A stretch of 32,000 bases of DNA, from assembly GCA_934660865.1 (NCBI GenBank), contig CAKUIA010000006.1, forward strand, positions 1-32,000. The letters run 5' to 3'. The notes below the pieces were generated by a model. That model ran no database searches, was not told the origin of the DNA, and saw only the letters and a program-made list of their open reading frames with translations. This document shows, piece by piece, positions 16,303-25,385 of this stretch; within the stretch, counting starts at the first letter, position 1; every line of letters begins with the position of its first letter. A program made the position numbers and the translations under genes. This stretch comes from an uncultured Opitutales bacterium (GTDB lineage Bacteria > Verrucomicrobiota > Verrucomicrobiia > Opitutales > Intestinicryptomonadaceae).

Positions 16303-16331
16303 AAGGGCAATGCCGCACCCGGCTTTGCCCT
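16296..16331 (-). terminator. Probable terminator for the minus-strand FGE-domain gene, in the convergent gap with gspF
   Basis: A 7-bp stem, agggcaa (16304-16310) with ttgccct (16325-16331), has a 14-nt loop. On the minus strand it is followed by TTTTATTTT. The plus-strand downstream context is poor in T. Confidence 0.45.
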
Positions 16332-16349
16332 GTAAAATTCCCCGTTTTT

Positions 16350-18041
16350 TTATTTTCTTTCCACCATAACCCTAAAGCCCGTATCGCGCGAGCGCTGGTT
16401 TTGGGGTATTTCTTCGGCGCGCAGCGAAAGCATTATGTCGGTGGAAGTCTGGACGCCGCCGCCCATTACCTTTATTATTACGCCATCGTAGCTTTTAAGG
16501 TATTCGCACACATTGCCAAGCAGGTCGTAGTAGCCCAAATCGTTGCAGCGGCGCGTCATCACTTCGCGGGTAGCCCCGCCCGAATTTTGCGAATGCCAGG
16601 CGATTTCGTTTAGGTTTATATATTTTGTGTCGCCAATCGCCTGCCTGAATATTTCTTCGGTGGGCAAAGAAACCCCGCGCCCCATAATCCACGAAAGCCT
16701 TGTGCAAAAGCGCTCGGCGTCTTCGTAGACCATAAATTCAACCGGGTTTTTGCCCGATGCTTTGTTGCGACTTGGGTTGTCCTGCATAACAAAAGAGTAT
16801 AAATCCTGCCAAACTTCGCACTTCATCAAATTCCATTTTTCGTTGTAAAGTTTCGGGTGCAGGCTTTCGTTCACCGTTTTTTGTATTTCCGCCAAACCGT
16901 TTTTTATGTAGTTTAGGTAGCGCAGCTTCAATATTATCGTTTCGTCTATAAGCGTGTTGTTCGGGTATGCGGCCTTGAATTTTTCGGAGGCATACAACAG
17001 CGGCTCTATAAGCGGAATAATGTCGGCTACATTCCCGCTTCTTAAGCCCTCCTGTATCTTTTTATATTTGCCGCTTAAAAGCGCGCCCTCGTCGGCGCTA
17101 AGCGCCCTTTCCTTTTGTATCTCCCAATTTTTTATGTTCTCCTGCGAATAGAATTTGCTGTTTACAAAATCTTTGTTCAACTGCTTTTGCGCCTGAATTG
17201 CGTCGTGGTAGCAGTCGGCAACCTCCATATTTTTGCCGTTTTTTGCGGCGCTTTGCGCCTTTTTAAGCAGCTGCGAAATCCTGTCGTGCAAATCGGCCGA
17301 AAGCAGGGAATCGTACTCTCTTTCAAGGCTTCTTAGGCGCGCGTGGTTTGCATAGCGCAAGTCCGGAAAGTTTTGGTGTATTTTATGTTGGGCGTTTATG
17401 GCAATGTTGTATTCGGTTTTTGCCCTCTGCCAGTCTTTTGCAAGCACCGCGGCCTTTGCGGCCTCTTCGGCGCGCATTGTTTCCTCGTACAGCGGGCGCG
17501 CCTCTAGCAGTTTTATGTTTCGAGACATTTCGCCCGTCTTATATTCGCTTGAATATTGCGAATTCGGATAGCGCACGTTTATTTCCGACTGAATTAAAAT
17601 GGCCTCCCTGTAGGCGTCGGCGGCCGCCTCGTAGTTAAGGGCTTTTTCCATGTCAACGGCCTTTTGCTCGAACGAAAGCATTTTGTTGTGCAGCTCGCCC
17701 GAGCGGAAGGTTTCCACAATCTTGCGCATGTCGCGCAGCCTTACAATTTGCACCCTTTCAACCGACTCGCTTAGACGTTCGTATTCCTCCAACGCCGAAA
17801 CTGCGCCCTCCAACAGGCGAATGTCAGCCTCTTTGGGAGAGTTTATGCCAACGCGCTTTTTATATTCGTCTTCTATGGCGATGGATTTTACAACCAAATC
17901 CTTTGCGGCGGCTTCTCCCACCCTTTTGTCGGCGTCGGGGGTATCGACCGCGCCTTTGGGGCCCATCATCGGCAAAATGTAGGCCGCGCCCAAAAATACA
18001 GAGGCTAATAGTACGAAAAATATAACCTTAAATGCTTTCAT
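16350..18041 (-). CDS. Membrane-anchored protein with four 67-aa helical repeats and a C-terminal FGE-sulfatase (SUMF1-type) domain
   Basis: 563 aa with an N-terminal anchor (FKVIFFVLLASVFLGAAYILP). Repeats begin at aa 144, 211, 278 and 345 (Y..AI.AQ..I...FP…Y). The C-terminus has RFC…LPTEEIFRQA…WH…NDLGYYDLLGNVCEYL…GGG…RDTGFRV, typical of the FGE-sulfatase fold. Confidence 0.75.
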   Translation of the reverse strand: MKAFKVIFFVLLASVFLGAAYILPMMGPKGAVDTPDADKRVGEAAAKDLVVKSIAIEDEYKKRVGINSPKEADIRLLEGAVSALEEYERLSESVERVQIVRLRDMRKIVETFRSGELHNKMLSFEQKAVDMEKALNYEAAADAYREAILIQSEINVRYPNSQYSSEYKTGEMSRNIKLLEARPLYEETMRAEEAAKAAVLAKDWQRAKTEYNIAINAQHKIHQNFPDLRYANHARLRSLEREYDSLLSADLHDRISQLLKKAQSAAKNGKNMEVADCYHDAIQAQKQLNKDFVNSKFYSQENIKNWEIQKERALSADEGALLSGKYKKIQEGLRSGNVADIIPLIEPLLYASEKFKAAYPNNTLIDETIILKLRYLNYIKNGLAEIQKTVNESLHPKLYNEKWNLMKCEVWQDLYSFVMQDNPSRNKASGKNPVEFMVYEDAERFCTRLSWIMGRGVSLPTEEIFRQAIGDTKYINLNEIAWHSQNSGGATREVMTRRCNDLGYYDLLGNVCEYLKSYDGVIIKVMGGGVQTSTDIMLSLRAEEIPQNQRSRDTGFRVMVERK

Positions 18042-18095
18042 AAAAACTTTGTCTTGTACACGTTAGCTTAAAAAGCGGCATTTTGCCAAACATTT

Positions 18096-20942
18096 TTACA
18101 GGTAAATGTCGCGCGGGGTGCTCGGCCCTTTTTCGGGGCCCACAACGCCGCGTTCCTCCAAAATTTCCATAATTCTGGCCGACCTGTTGTAGCCTATCTG
18201 CAATTTGCGCTGCAAAAACGAAATGCTCGCCTTTTTGTTTGTGCGTATAATTTCTATCGCTTTGGGAACCAGCGGGTCGCCCGAATTGTCGGTGTCGTCG
18301 TCGGCGCCGTCGCCGTCTTCGCCCTCAAGCGCCGAGTCTATATGGTCTTGAACTTCCTGCACATATTGGGGCTCGCCGTTTACTTTCAACGAGTCTACAA
18401 TCGAGACTATTTCCTGGTCCGACAAAAACGCGCCCTGCGCCCTTACGGGGTCCGAAGCGCCCGGCGGGATAAAGAGCATATCGCCCGTGCCTATAAGCAT
18501 TTCGGCGCCCTTGGCGTCCAATATGGTGCGGCTGTCTACAAGAGCCGCCACTCTAAATGCAATACGCGTAGGCAAATTGGCCTTTATTACGCCCGTAATA
18601 ACGTTGGTAGACGGCCTTTGGGTGGCAACAAGCAGGTGCACGCCGGCGGCTCTGCCTACCTGTGTTAAGCGCATTATAAGGGCTTCAACCTCTTTGCCTG
18701 CAACCATCATCAAGTCGGCCAATTCGTCTATAATGCAAACAATGTAGGGCAGCTTTGTGTCGGGAATTTTAATTTCGTCTTCGTCGGCGGAGGAATTTTC
18801 CTCCTGAATTGAAGCTATTTCGGAGCGTTCTTCGGGCGTTAGCGAAGCTTCGAATTCTTTTGCCTTTTCGGCCTCGCGGTGGTCTTTTAGAATTTTCGCG
18901 TTAAAGGCCGCAATATTTCTTACCTGGCACTTGCTGAAAATTTCGTACCTGTTTTTCATTTCCGAAACCAGCCACTTTAGCGCGGCGGGAACGCGCTTAG
19001 GCTCGGTTATTACGGGAACAAGCATATGCGGCAGCGAGTTGTAAACCTGAAGCTCTACAACCTTCGGGTCTACCATAATAAAGCGCACGTCTTCGGGCGT
19101 AAGGTGGTACAGCATAGAGGCTATTATGGAGTTCATACATACGCTTTTGCCGCTGCCTGTAGAACCCGCAATAAGCGCGTGCGGCATTTTTGCCAAGTCT
19201 AGAACTATGGGCTGTCCGGTTACGTCTTTGCCCAAAGCAATGGGTATTTCGGCCTTCGAATTGTGCCAGGCGGGCGACTGCAAAATGTCTTTAATAAACA
19301 CGCCCTGCCTGTTTTTGTTCGGAACTTCTATGCCTACTGTTCCCTTACCGGGAACCGGGGCAATAACCCTGACTTTTTCCGCCGCCATACCGAGGGCTAT
19401 GTCTTTTTCCAAACTCAATATGCGGCTTAGCCTTACGCCGGGGGCGGGCTTAACTTCGTAGCGCGTAATTACGGGTCCGGTTTGCACGGTTGCCGGCGTA
19501 ACCTTAATCGAAAAGGTTTCCAAAACCCTTATAATTTCGTCCATTCTGCCCTGATAGTCTTCGCCGCCCTCTATATGTGCGGGAGGCGACGCAAGCAAAT
19601 CCAGCGACGGGAACACATAGTCGCCCTTTTTAATGTCTTCCTTTTGCGGTTTAACTATGTCTACGGGTTTAAAATATTCTATGTTTAACGCCTCTTTTTT
19701 ATTCTCGGCGGCTTTTTGTTTTTCGGCTAAATCGGCAACTTCTACAGCTTGCCGTTGCGGAATTTCGGGCACTACTTCGGGGGCGGGAACCTCGAAAAAC
19801 GCGTCGTTGTCTATGCCGCCGTGCTCGGGCAAAACGTGGTTTTGTTGCGGGGTTGGCTCTAAAACAGGTTCGCTTTCTTTTTGCAAATCTTCGGCGGGCG
19901 CAATTTCCTCTTGCTGCATGGAATTGTCCAGACCGAAAGAAAACTCAGATTCGCCGTCGGCGGTATCGTCGGCTAAAGGCCGCTCTTGCGCAAACGGGTT
20001 GTCGGGCAAAGCTTCGGCTTCGAACGGATTTTGAACGGGTTGGGCGCCGCTTTCAAAAGCGGGTGTTTCGTCGTTGTCAAAGGTAAAAGCTTCGGGCACT
20101 TCCTCCGCAGGCGAAGGCTGGTCGGCCTGTGTTTTGTCAAACTCCGTTTGGGGAGTGTCGGAAAGGGGGTTTTGCAAATCCACTTCGTTTTCGCCAAAAA
20201 GCGGGCTTGCCGATTCGTCCCTGCTTTGGGCATTTTTGCGCGGAGCGCGCAGTATAAACAAAATGCAGCTTCGCAAAAGCGTAAGAAGCCAAATTGCAAA
20301 GGCAGCCAGCGCCGACGGCGTTTTCTTTAAAAGCTCCCATGCGTTCTTTGCCAAAACCGAAGGCTGCTCTACAAAAACAACAATAAGGCATGCAAAATAT
20401 AGCGCGCCGAACAACAGGGCGCAACCTGCCACGTTTATTGTGGGCTTTAAGATTTTTTCGAAAAGCGGCAGTGCAACAATGCCGCCCCACCCGTTTCTAA
20501 AATACGCCGACGAAAAACTTTCTATACCCACATTCGGGTTGAACGCCCTTTGCAAAACCGCGCCCAAAACAGCCAGCGAAAGCACCATAAGCGGCATACA
20601 TATTTTGCCCGAACAGCTTAAAAGCCTGGGGCTGCGCTTAAAGCACAAAAGGCTTGTCCACAAACACAGGGCAACAACCATATAATATGCAAAACCGAAA
20701 AGCCAAAGCCCGAAAGCCGTAACCGTAGCGCCCAGTCTGCCGCATATATTCGAGCCCATGCTTTCGCTTGTAGACGACAAAAAACCGAAAACGGAGTCTC
20801 TAAAAAATATCTCCTGCCCCGATTTGTAGTCGAATGCCGCCATGGCGAAAATTATACCCGTAAAAATAAGCAATGCGCCAAGCAAGGGCCTTCTTGCGCC
20901 CTTAACTTTGTCCATTTCTCCGCATTTAGTTTTTTTTGCCAT
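18096..20942 (-). CDS. ftsK: DNA translocase FtsK
   Basis: 948 aa. It has an N-terminal polytopic membrane domain, a long acidic/Pro-rich linker, a motor with Walker A GSTGSGKSV and IIDELADLMM, and a C-terminal gamma wHTH (ISFLQRKLQIGYNRSARIMEILEERGVVGP). Confidence 0.92.
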   Translation of the reverse strand: MAKKTKCGEMDKVKGARRPLLGALLIFTGIIFAMAAFDYKSGQEIFFRDSVFGFLSSTSESMGSNICGRLGATVTAFGLWLFGFAYYMVVALCLWTSLLCFKRSPRLLSCSGKICMPLMVLSLAVLGAVLQRAFNPNVGIESFSSAYFRNGWGGIVALPLFEKILKPTINVAGCALLFGALYFACLIVVFVEQPSVLAKNAWELLKKTPSALAAFAIWLLTLLRSCILFILRAPRKNAQSRDESASPLFGENEVDLQNPLSDTPQTEFDKTQADQPSPAEEVPEAFTFDNDETPAFESGAQPVQNPFEAEALPDNPFAQERPLADDTADGESEFSFGLDNSMQQEEIAPAEDLQKESEPVLEPTPQQNHVLPEHGGIDNDAFFEVPAPEVVPEIPQRQAVEVADLAEKQKAAENKKEALNIEYFKPVDIVKPQKEDIKKGDYVFPSLDLLASPPAHIEGGEDYQGRMDEIIRVLETFSIKVTPATVQTGPVITRYEVKPAPGVRLSRILSLEKDIALGMAAEKVRVIAPVPGKGTVGIEVPNKNRQGVFIKDILQSPAWHNSKAEIPIALGKDVTGQPIVLDLAKMPHALIAGSTGSGKSVCMNSIIASMLYHLTPEDVRFIMVDPKVVELQVYNSLPHMLVPVITEPKRVPAALKWLVSEMKNRYEIFSKCQVRNIAAFNAKILKDHREAEKAKEFEASLTPEERSEIASIQEENSSADEDEIKIPDTKLPYIVCIIDELADLMMVAGKEVEALIMRLTQVGRAAGVHLLVATQRPSTNVITGVIKANLPTRIAFRVAALVDSRTILDAKGAEMLIGTGDMLFIPPGASDPVRAQGAFLSDQEIVSIVDSLKVNGEPQYVQEVQDHIDSALEGEDGDGADDDTDNSGDPLVPKAIEIIRTNKKASISFLQRKLQIGYNRSARIMEILEERGVVGPEKGPSTPRDIYL

Positions 20943-22610
20943 TTATAAATTGTTCTCCAAAAGTTCTTTTGCGTGGGCTATTGCCGAATCGGAATTTCTG
21001 TCGCCCAACATTCTTGCCAGTTCCGAAACCCTTGCCGATTTGTCTTTGCCGATTTGGCGTATGGCAACTTCGGTGGAATTGTCGCCAACCGATTTTTCGA
21101 CAAGCAAATGCCTGTCGGCCTGCGCTGCAACCTGCGGCAGGTGCGTTACGCACAAAACCTGGTGGTCTTTCGCCAAATTTTTAAGCTCGTGGCCAACTTG
21201 CGCGCCTATCTCGCCGCCGACGTTCGAATCTACCTCGTCGAATACCAAAAGCGGGGTTTTGTCGGCGGCGGCAAAACAGCTTTTAAGCGAAAGCATAACC
21301 CTTGCAATTTCGCCGCTAGAGGCAACTTTTGCCAACGGCGCCAACTCGTGCCCCGGATTGCCCGAAAACATAAATTCGCAAACGCTTCCGCAATTTTGGT
21401 CGAATTCCTTTTGCCTTGTCAGGAAAATTTCGAAACTGGGCTTTTTAAATCCCAACTTTTTCATTACGCACAAGGCCTGCGTTTGCAAACGCCTTGCCCC
21501 TGCGGTTCTTTTTGCGAATATTTCGTCGGCATAGGGCTTTAATTTTGCGTTTATTTCGGCGATTTGCCCGTCTATCTTCGCAAGCGTCTCCTTTACGTTC
21601 GACTGCATTGCAAGCTTCTTTTTTAAAGAATCGAGCGCCTCCCTTAAATTTTCGGCCGAAGCCCCGTACTTTCTGGAAAGCGACATATATTCGCCCATCT
21701 TTGCGTTTATGCTTTCCACTTCGGCCGGCGTCATATTTGTAGAGTCCGCCAAGTCTTTGCAGCATTGGGCAATGTCGTAGGCCTCTACGCTAAGCGACTG
21801 TATCCTGTCGCATATCGACTGCGCCTCTTCGCCGGCCTGCGAAAAGGCGGCCGCCTGTTTGTACGCCTTGGCCAAAAGCTGGCACACTCCGTCGGAGCCG
21901 TCCAACAAAGAGTATATAAGCCCCGAGCTTTCCATAATTTGGCTTGCCGCGCTTGCCAGCTTGTACTTTGCCTCTATGTCGGCAATGTTTTCGTCGGTGG
22001 GGTTGAGGTTTTCTAGCGTTTTTATTTGCGCGTTTATAAATTCAAGCTCGTCGGAGCCAAGCCTGCGCGCGCCGCGCAGCTCTTCGGCCTGTTTTTCGAG
22101 GGCGCGGCGCTGCCTTAAAAGCTCGAAATACGGATACTTTAGGTTTAAACACCCGCAATACGAATCGAGCATATCAAGCTGGAAAGCCGCATTCAACAGC
22201 TTTTGCGGCTCGCGCGAGCCGTGAAAATCCACCCAAAAGCGCCCAAGCTTTGCCAAAAGCGAAAGCGTTGTAAACGAACCGTTTACATAGCATTTCGAAG
22301 GCTTGTCTTTATATATCTTTCTGGAAAGCACCAGCTGCCCCTCCTGGCACTTGTTTACGCCCGATTCCGACAAAAACGCGTCTATTTCGTCGCTGTCGGC
22401 AAAATATAAAACGCCCTCTACAAGCGAAAATTCGGCGTCTTTGGGCACAAGCTCTTTGGGCGCGCGCGAGCCCGCCAAAAGCGAAATTGCGCTTAAAAGC
22501 ACGCTTTTGCCCGCGCCCGTTTCGCCCGTAACGGCGCACAGGCCCGAATCGAAATCTATTTGGGCCTTTTTCATTAACGCCAAGTCGGCAATGTTTATCG
22601 AGCAAAGCAT
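20943..22610 (-). CDS. recN: DNA repair protein RecN
   Basis: 555 aa with N-terminal Walker A (VTGETGAGKSVLL), a long coiled-coil middle, and C-terminal SGGE-like (ASSGEIARVMLSLK) and Walker B (LLVFDEVDSNVGG) motifs. Confidence 0.9.
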   Translation of the reverse strand: MLCSINIADLALMKKAQIDFDSGLCAVTGETGAGKSVLLSAISLLAGSRAPKELVPKDAEFSLVEGVLYFADSDEIDAFLSESGVNKCQEGQLVLSRKIYKDKPSKCYVNGSFTTLSLLAKLGRFWVDFHGSREPQKLLNAAFQLDMLDSYCGCLNLKYPYFELLRQRRALEKQAEELRGARRLGSDELEFINAQIKTLENLNPTDENIADIEAKYKLASAASQIMESSGLIYSLLDGSDGVCQLLAKAYKQAAAFSQAGEEAQSICDRIQSLSVEAYDIAQCCKDLADSTNMTPAEVESINAKMGEYMSLSRKYGASAENLREALDSLKKKLAMQSNVKETLAKIDGQIAEINAKLKPYADEIFAKRTAGARRLQTQALCVMKKLGFKKPSFEIFLTRQKEFDQNCGSVCEFMFSGNPGHELAPLAKVASSGEIARVMLSLKSCFAAADKTPLLVFDEVDSNVGGEIGAQVGHELKNLAKDHQVLCVTHLPQVAAQADRHLLVEKSVGDNSTEVAIRQIGKDKSARVSELARMLGDRNSDSAIAHAKELLENNL

Positions 22611-22749
22611 CTGGTTTAAGTGGTACGATTTTTGGCAGACAATATTGAACGTTTTGAAAAATCTTTCAAGTTTTGTTAAGCTTTTTCTTTATTCTTGAAG
22701 AAAAGCCGTAGCGCGTCAATATAAAGGCAATAACAAACAAATTTTTTAT

Positions 22750-24957
22750 ATGACGCTGCGCGTAAAAATTTTCCTATACTTCATACTGCCCGTTTTGTGC
22801 GCCATAACCGCCATTAGCCTGTACGACTCGCAAAGCGATTTTCTAGTCCACAAAAAACTTTCCGACGAGGCTTTTGTGTCGGACACGCAAAATGCGGCCG
22901 CCATAATTTCGAAGGGAAACACAGAGGGCATTACGCTGGCTACCTCTACCGCAAGCGTTTTGGGAACCTCCCTTTTCGGCAACAGAACCGCAAGCGTTGC
23001 CTATATGAAAGACATGCTTGCAAAATTCAGGAATTTTTCGGGGTGTTCAATTTCGTACGAGCCCAACGCCGATTTTAACGATATGAAGGCGTATAAATCG
23101 CTTGTAGAGCTTAGGGATTCGCCCGAAAAGCTGTCGAAAAACTTTTTCGATTCGTACGACTTTAAGAACAATCCCACAAGCGAAAGCATGGAAAACTGGG
23201 TTGAAAACACCCAAAACGGCAGGTTTTTGTGCTACTGGAAGCGCAAGAACGACAGGCTTGAAATGGAGCCCCTTGTGGGAATGGAAAGCTCGGAATACTA
23301 TTCTGGCATAAAAAACAAGTTTTTAACTTCGAACGAAATCGGGGCGCTTATAACGCAGCCTAACTTGTACAACAACTCGGTTTTAACGGTAGAATACGCC
23401 TACCCGATTATTGTGGACGACCGTTTTGCCGGCGAAGTGGCCTTCGACAGAAACCTAAACTACATTGCCGACATGCTCGAAAAATACAAGTCCACAAAAG
23501 ACGCCGTGTTTTTCCTGATAAGCGACCAAAACAAGATTATATCGTGCACGAAGGATATGTCGGTTTGCACGGCGTCTATAGACGACCTATACACGAACAA
23601 AGACAACGACACGTTCAATACATCGTTTTTGCAGTCGAAAAACGGCAAGCTTGTGAGGGACGAAAGCATTTCGGCGCAGACCGACTTTTCGCGCTTTGGC
23701 ACCCTTTACCGAGACATTTTAAGGAATGTAACCAAAAACGAATACAAGGCGGCAAACGTATCGTTTTTTGCCGACGAAAAGGCGAATGTTCAATACGCGG
23801 TATCTTTTGTGCCGATGAGGCCGAGCAACTGGGTGTTGGTGCAGATAGCCCCAAAAGACTCGCTGTACGCCAACTTAAACGACACTTTTATAAACTCGGC
23901 AGCCGAAATAGGAGCAGGGTTTGCAATATTCCTTTTTACGCTGCTGTTTTCTAACGGGTTTATATCAAAAATAAAAAACGCCACGCTTGCCGCCGAAAGT
24001 TTGGCCGCGGGCAAAACCGCCGTTGCAATAAAAGAGGTTCCCCCCAGCCGAGACGAAACGGCAAAGCTTAACAATGCAATGTATTTGCTCGCCTCGAGAA
24101 TTGCGGCCCTTGTAAAGGAAACTAAAAACGCCAACTACAGACTGCTGGAATCGGCCGAAAAGATTACGGCAGTTTCGACCGAATACGGCGAATCGGTAAG
24201 GAATTTCGGGGCGTCGATGGGCGAGATAGACCGAAGCTCAAACCAAATGGAAAAGTCGGCAAAGGATATTTTCGAAAACGTATCCGCCCTTTCGCAGACG
24301 GCAAAGGCTAACGCGCTTACAACGCAGTCGGGCAAAAAGCAGATAAGAAGCGCCGCCGAATTTTCCGACAGCCTTATCGGCGCGGCGAAAATTGTCGGCG
24401 AAAGGATAGATCTTATAAAAGACAGGGCAAAAAAGGCGCAGGCCGTATTGGAGCGCATCGACAAAATCGCGGCGCAGTCGAACCTGCTTAGCATAACGGC
24501 CGCAATAGAAGCGGAAAAATCGGAGGGCAAGTCGGGCGAATTTTTAAGGATTGCGCGCGAAATTTCAAGACTGGCAAAACTTACCAACGGCGAGTCGAAA
24601 AGCGCGGCAATGATTATAGACGACATGATGGCTTCGGCAAACGTATCAAAAGAGGAAACCGCCAAGCTTGGCGACGACATTTCGAAAGCCGCCCGCCAGG
24701 TTTTAGACAGCTTTGTGCTTTTCGAAAAAACAGCCCTTGCCATAGAAGACATAATACCCGAACTCGGCAAAATAAGGGATTCTATATCGTCGCAAAGCCT
24801 TAAGGCGTCGCAGCTAAAGGGCGCGGTTTCGGCGATGATAAAAAATGCCAACCAGTCGTCGGCGCTGCTTGCGCAATTTTTGGAAATGCGCCGCGAGCTT
24901 AACTTTGCGGTGGAAAAAATCACATACGAAATCTCGAAATTCTCTACTAAGGAATAA
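22750..24957 (+). CDS. Methyl-accepting chemotaxis-type transducer with periplasmic Cache-like sensor, HAMP and a divergent signalling hairpin
   Basis: 735 aa with two TM segments (aa ~7-25 and FAIFLFTLLFSNGFI) flanking a ~360-aa region with Cache-like features (…VEYAYPIIVDDRFAGEVAFDRNL…). A HAMP-like linker follows. The hairpin tip reads IAAQSNLLSITAAIEAEKSEGKSGEFLRIAREISRLA, versus canonical QTNLLALNAAIEAARAGE.GRGFAVVA.EVR.LA. Confidence 0.8.
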   Translation: MTLRVKIFLYFILPVLCAITAISLYDSQSDFLVHKKLSDEAFVSDTQNAAAIISKGNTEGITLATSTASVLGTSLFGNRTASVAYMKDMLAKFRNFSGCSISYEPNADFNDMKAYKSLVELRDSPEKLSKNFFDSYDFKNNPTSESMENWVENTQNGRFLCYWKRKNDRLEMEPLVGMESSEYYSGIKNKFLTSNEIGALITQPNLYNNSVLTVEYAYPIIVDDRFAGEVAFDRNLNYIADMLEKYKSTKDAVFFLISDQNKIISCTKDMSVCTASIDDLYTNKDNDTFNTSFLQSKNGKLVRDESISAQTDFSRFGTLYRDILRNVTKNEYKAANVSFFADEKANVQYAVSFVPMRPSNWVLVQIAPKDSLYANLNDTFINSAAEIGAGFAIFLFTLLFSNGFISKIKNATLAAESLAAGKTAVAIKEVPPSRDETAKLNNAMYLLASRIAALVKETKNANYRLLESAEKITAVSTEYGESVRNFGASMGEIDRSSNQMEKSAKDIFENVSALSQTAKANALTTQSGKKQIRSAAEFSDSLIGAAKIVGERIDLIKDRAKKAQAVLERIDKIAAQSNLLSITAAIEAEKSEGKSGEFLRIAREISRLAKLTNGESKSAAMIIDDMMASANVSKEETAKLGDDISKAARQVLDSFVLFEKTALAIEDIIPELGKIRDSISSQSLKASQLKGAVSAMIKNANQSSALLAQFLEMRRELNFAVEKITYEISKFSTKE

Positions 24958-25385
24958 TGCAAAAACCCGGCAGCTACATTGTATTTAAATGCAAAGACAA
25001 GCTTTTTGCATTCGATATTGCGTTTGTGTATAAACCGGCGCTGCTGCAGTCGATACACTCGCTGCCGCACGTCTGCAACGGCAAGATTGCGGGAATAGCA
25101 AACATAGGCGGCGAAATTATAACCGTGGCAAACCTGCCCGAAATTTTGGGCTTAAATGCCGGCGGTGCTAGCGCTACTCCAAAGATGTCTATTGTGTGCG
25201 CTTTCGACAGGCTTAAGGTTGCGTTTTTAGTGGACGATATTTTCGGGGTGGTGAACGCCGAATGCGAAGCTTTCGACGACGAAAACGCCATGTTTGAATG
25301 TGCAAGGTTCGACTATTTCGGCACAAAGTGCCTTGTGCTTGACGCCGAGCTGCTTGAGACGGCAATAGAAAGAAGGTATTTGTGA
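24957..25385 (+). CDS. cheW: CheW-like coupling protein
   Basis: 142 aa, YIVFKCKDKLFAFDIAFV…GIANIGGEIITVANLPEILGL…VDDIFGV. The start overlaps the MCP stop (TAATG). Confidence 0.8.
   Translation: MQKPGSYIVFKCKDKLFAFDIAFVYKPALLQSIHSLPHVCNGKIAGIANIGGEIITVANLPEILGLNAGGASATPKMSIVCAFDRLKVAFLVDDIFGVVNAECEAFDDENAMFECARFDYFGTKCLVLDAELLETAIERRYL

Noticed and set aside
22633-22648. A sigma-54-like element, TGGCAgacaatatTGA, upstream of the MCP gene
   Set aside because: The GG-to-G spacing is 13 rather than the 12 implied by TGGCAC-N5-TTGC, and the -12 element is TTGA rather than TTGC. It is too degenerate to call.
24135-25070. A 311-aa minus-strand ORF. Similar long antisense ORFs lie at 13604-14446, 12107-12724, 9093-9752, 20074-20685, 20842-21534 and 25873-26421.
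   Set aside because: Each lies fully inside and antisense to a gene with unambiguous family motifs (MCP, gspE, gspD, argA, ftsK, recN, cheA). Their S/F/A-rich composition is typical of shadow frames.
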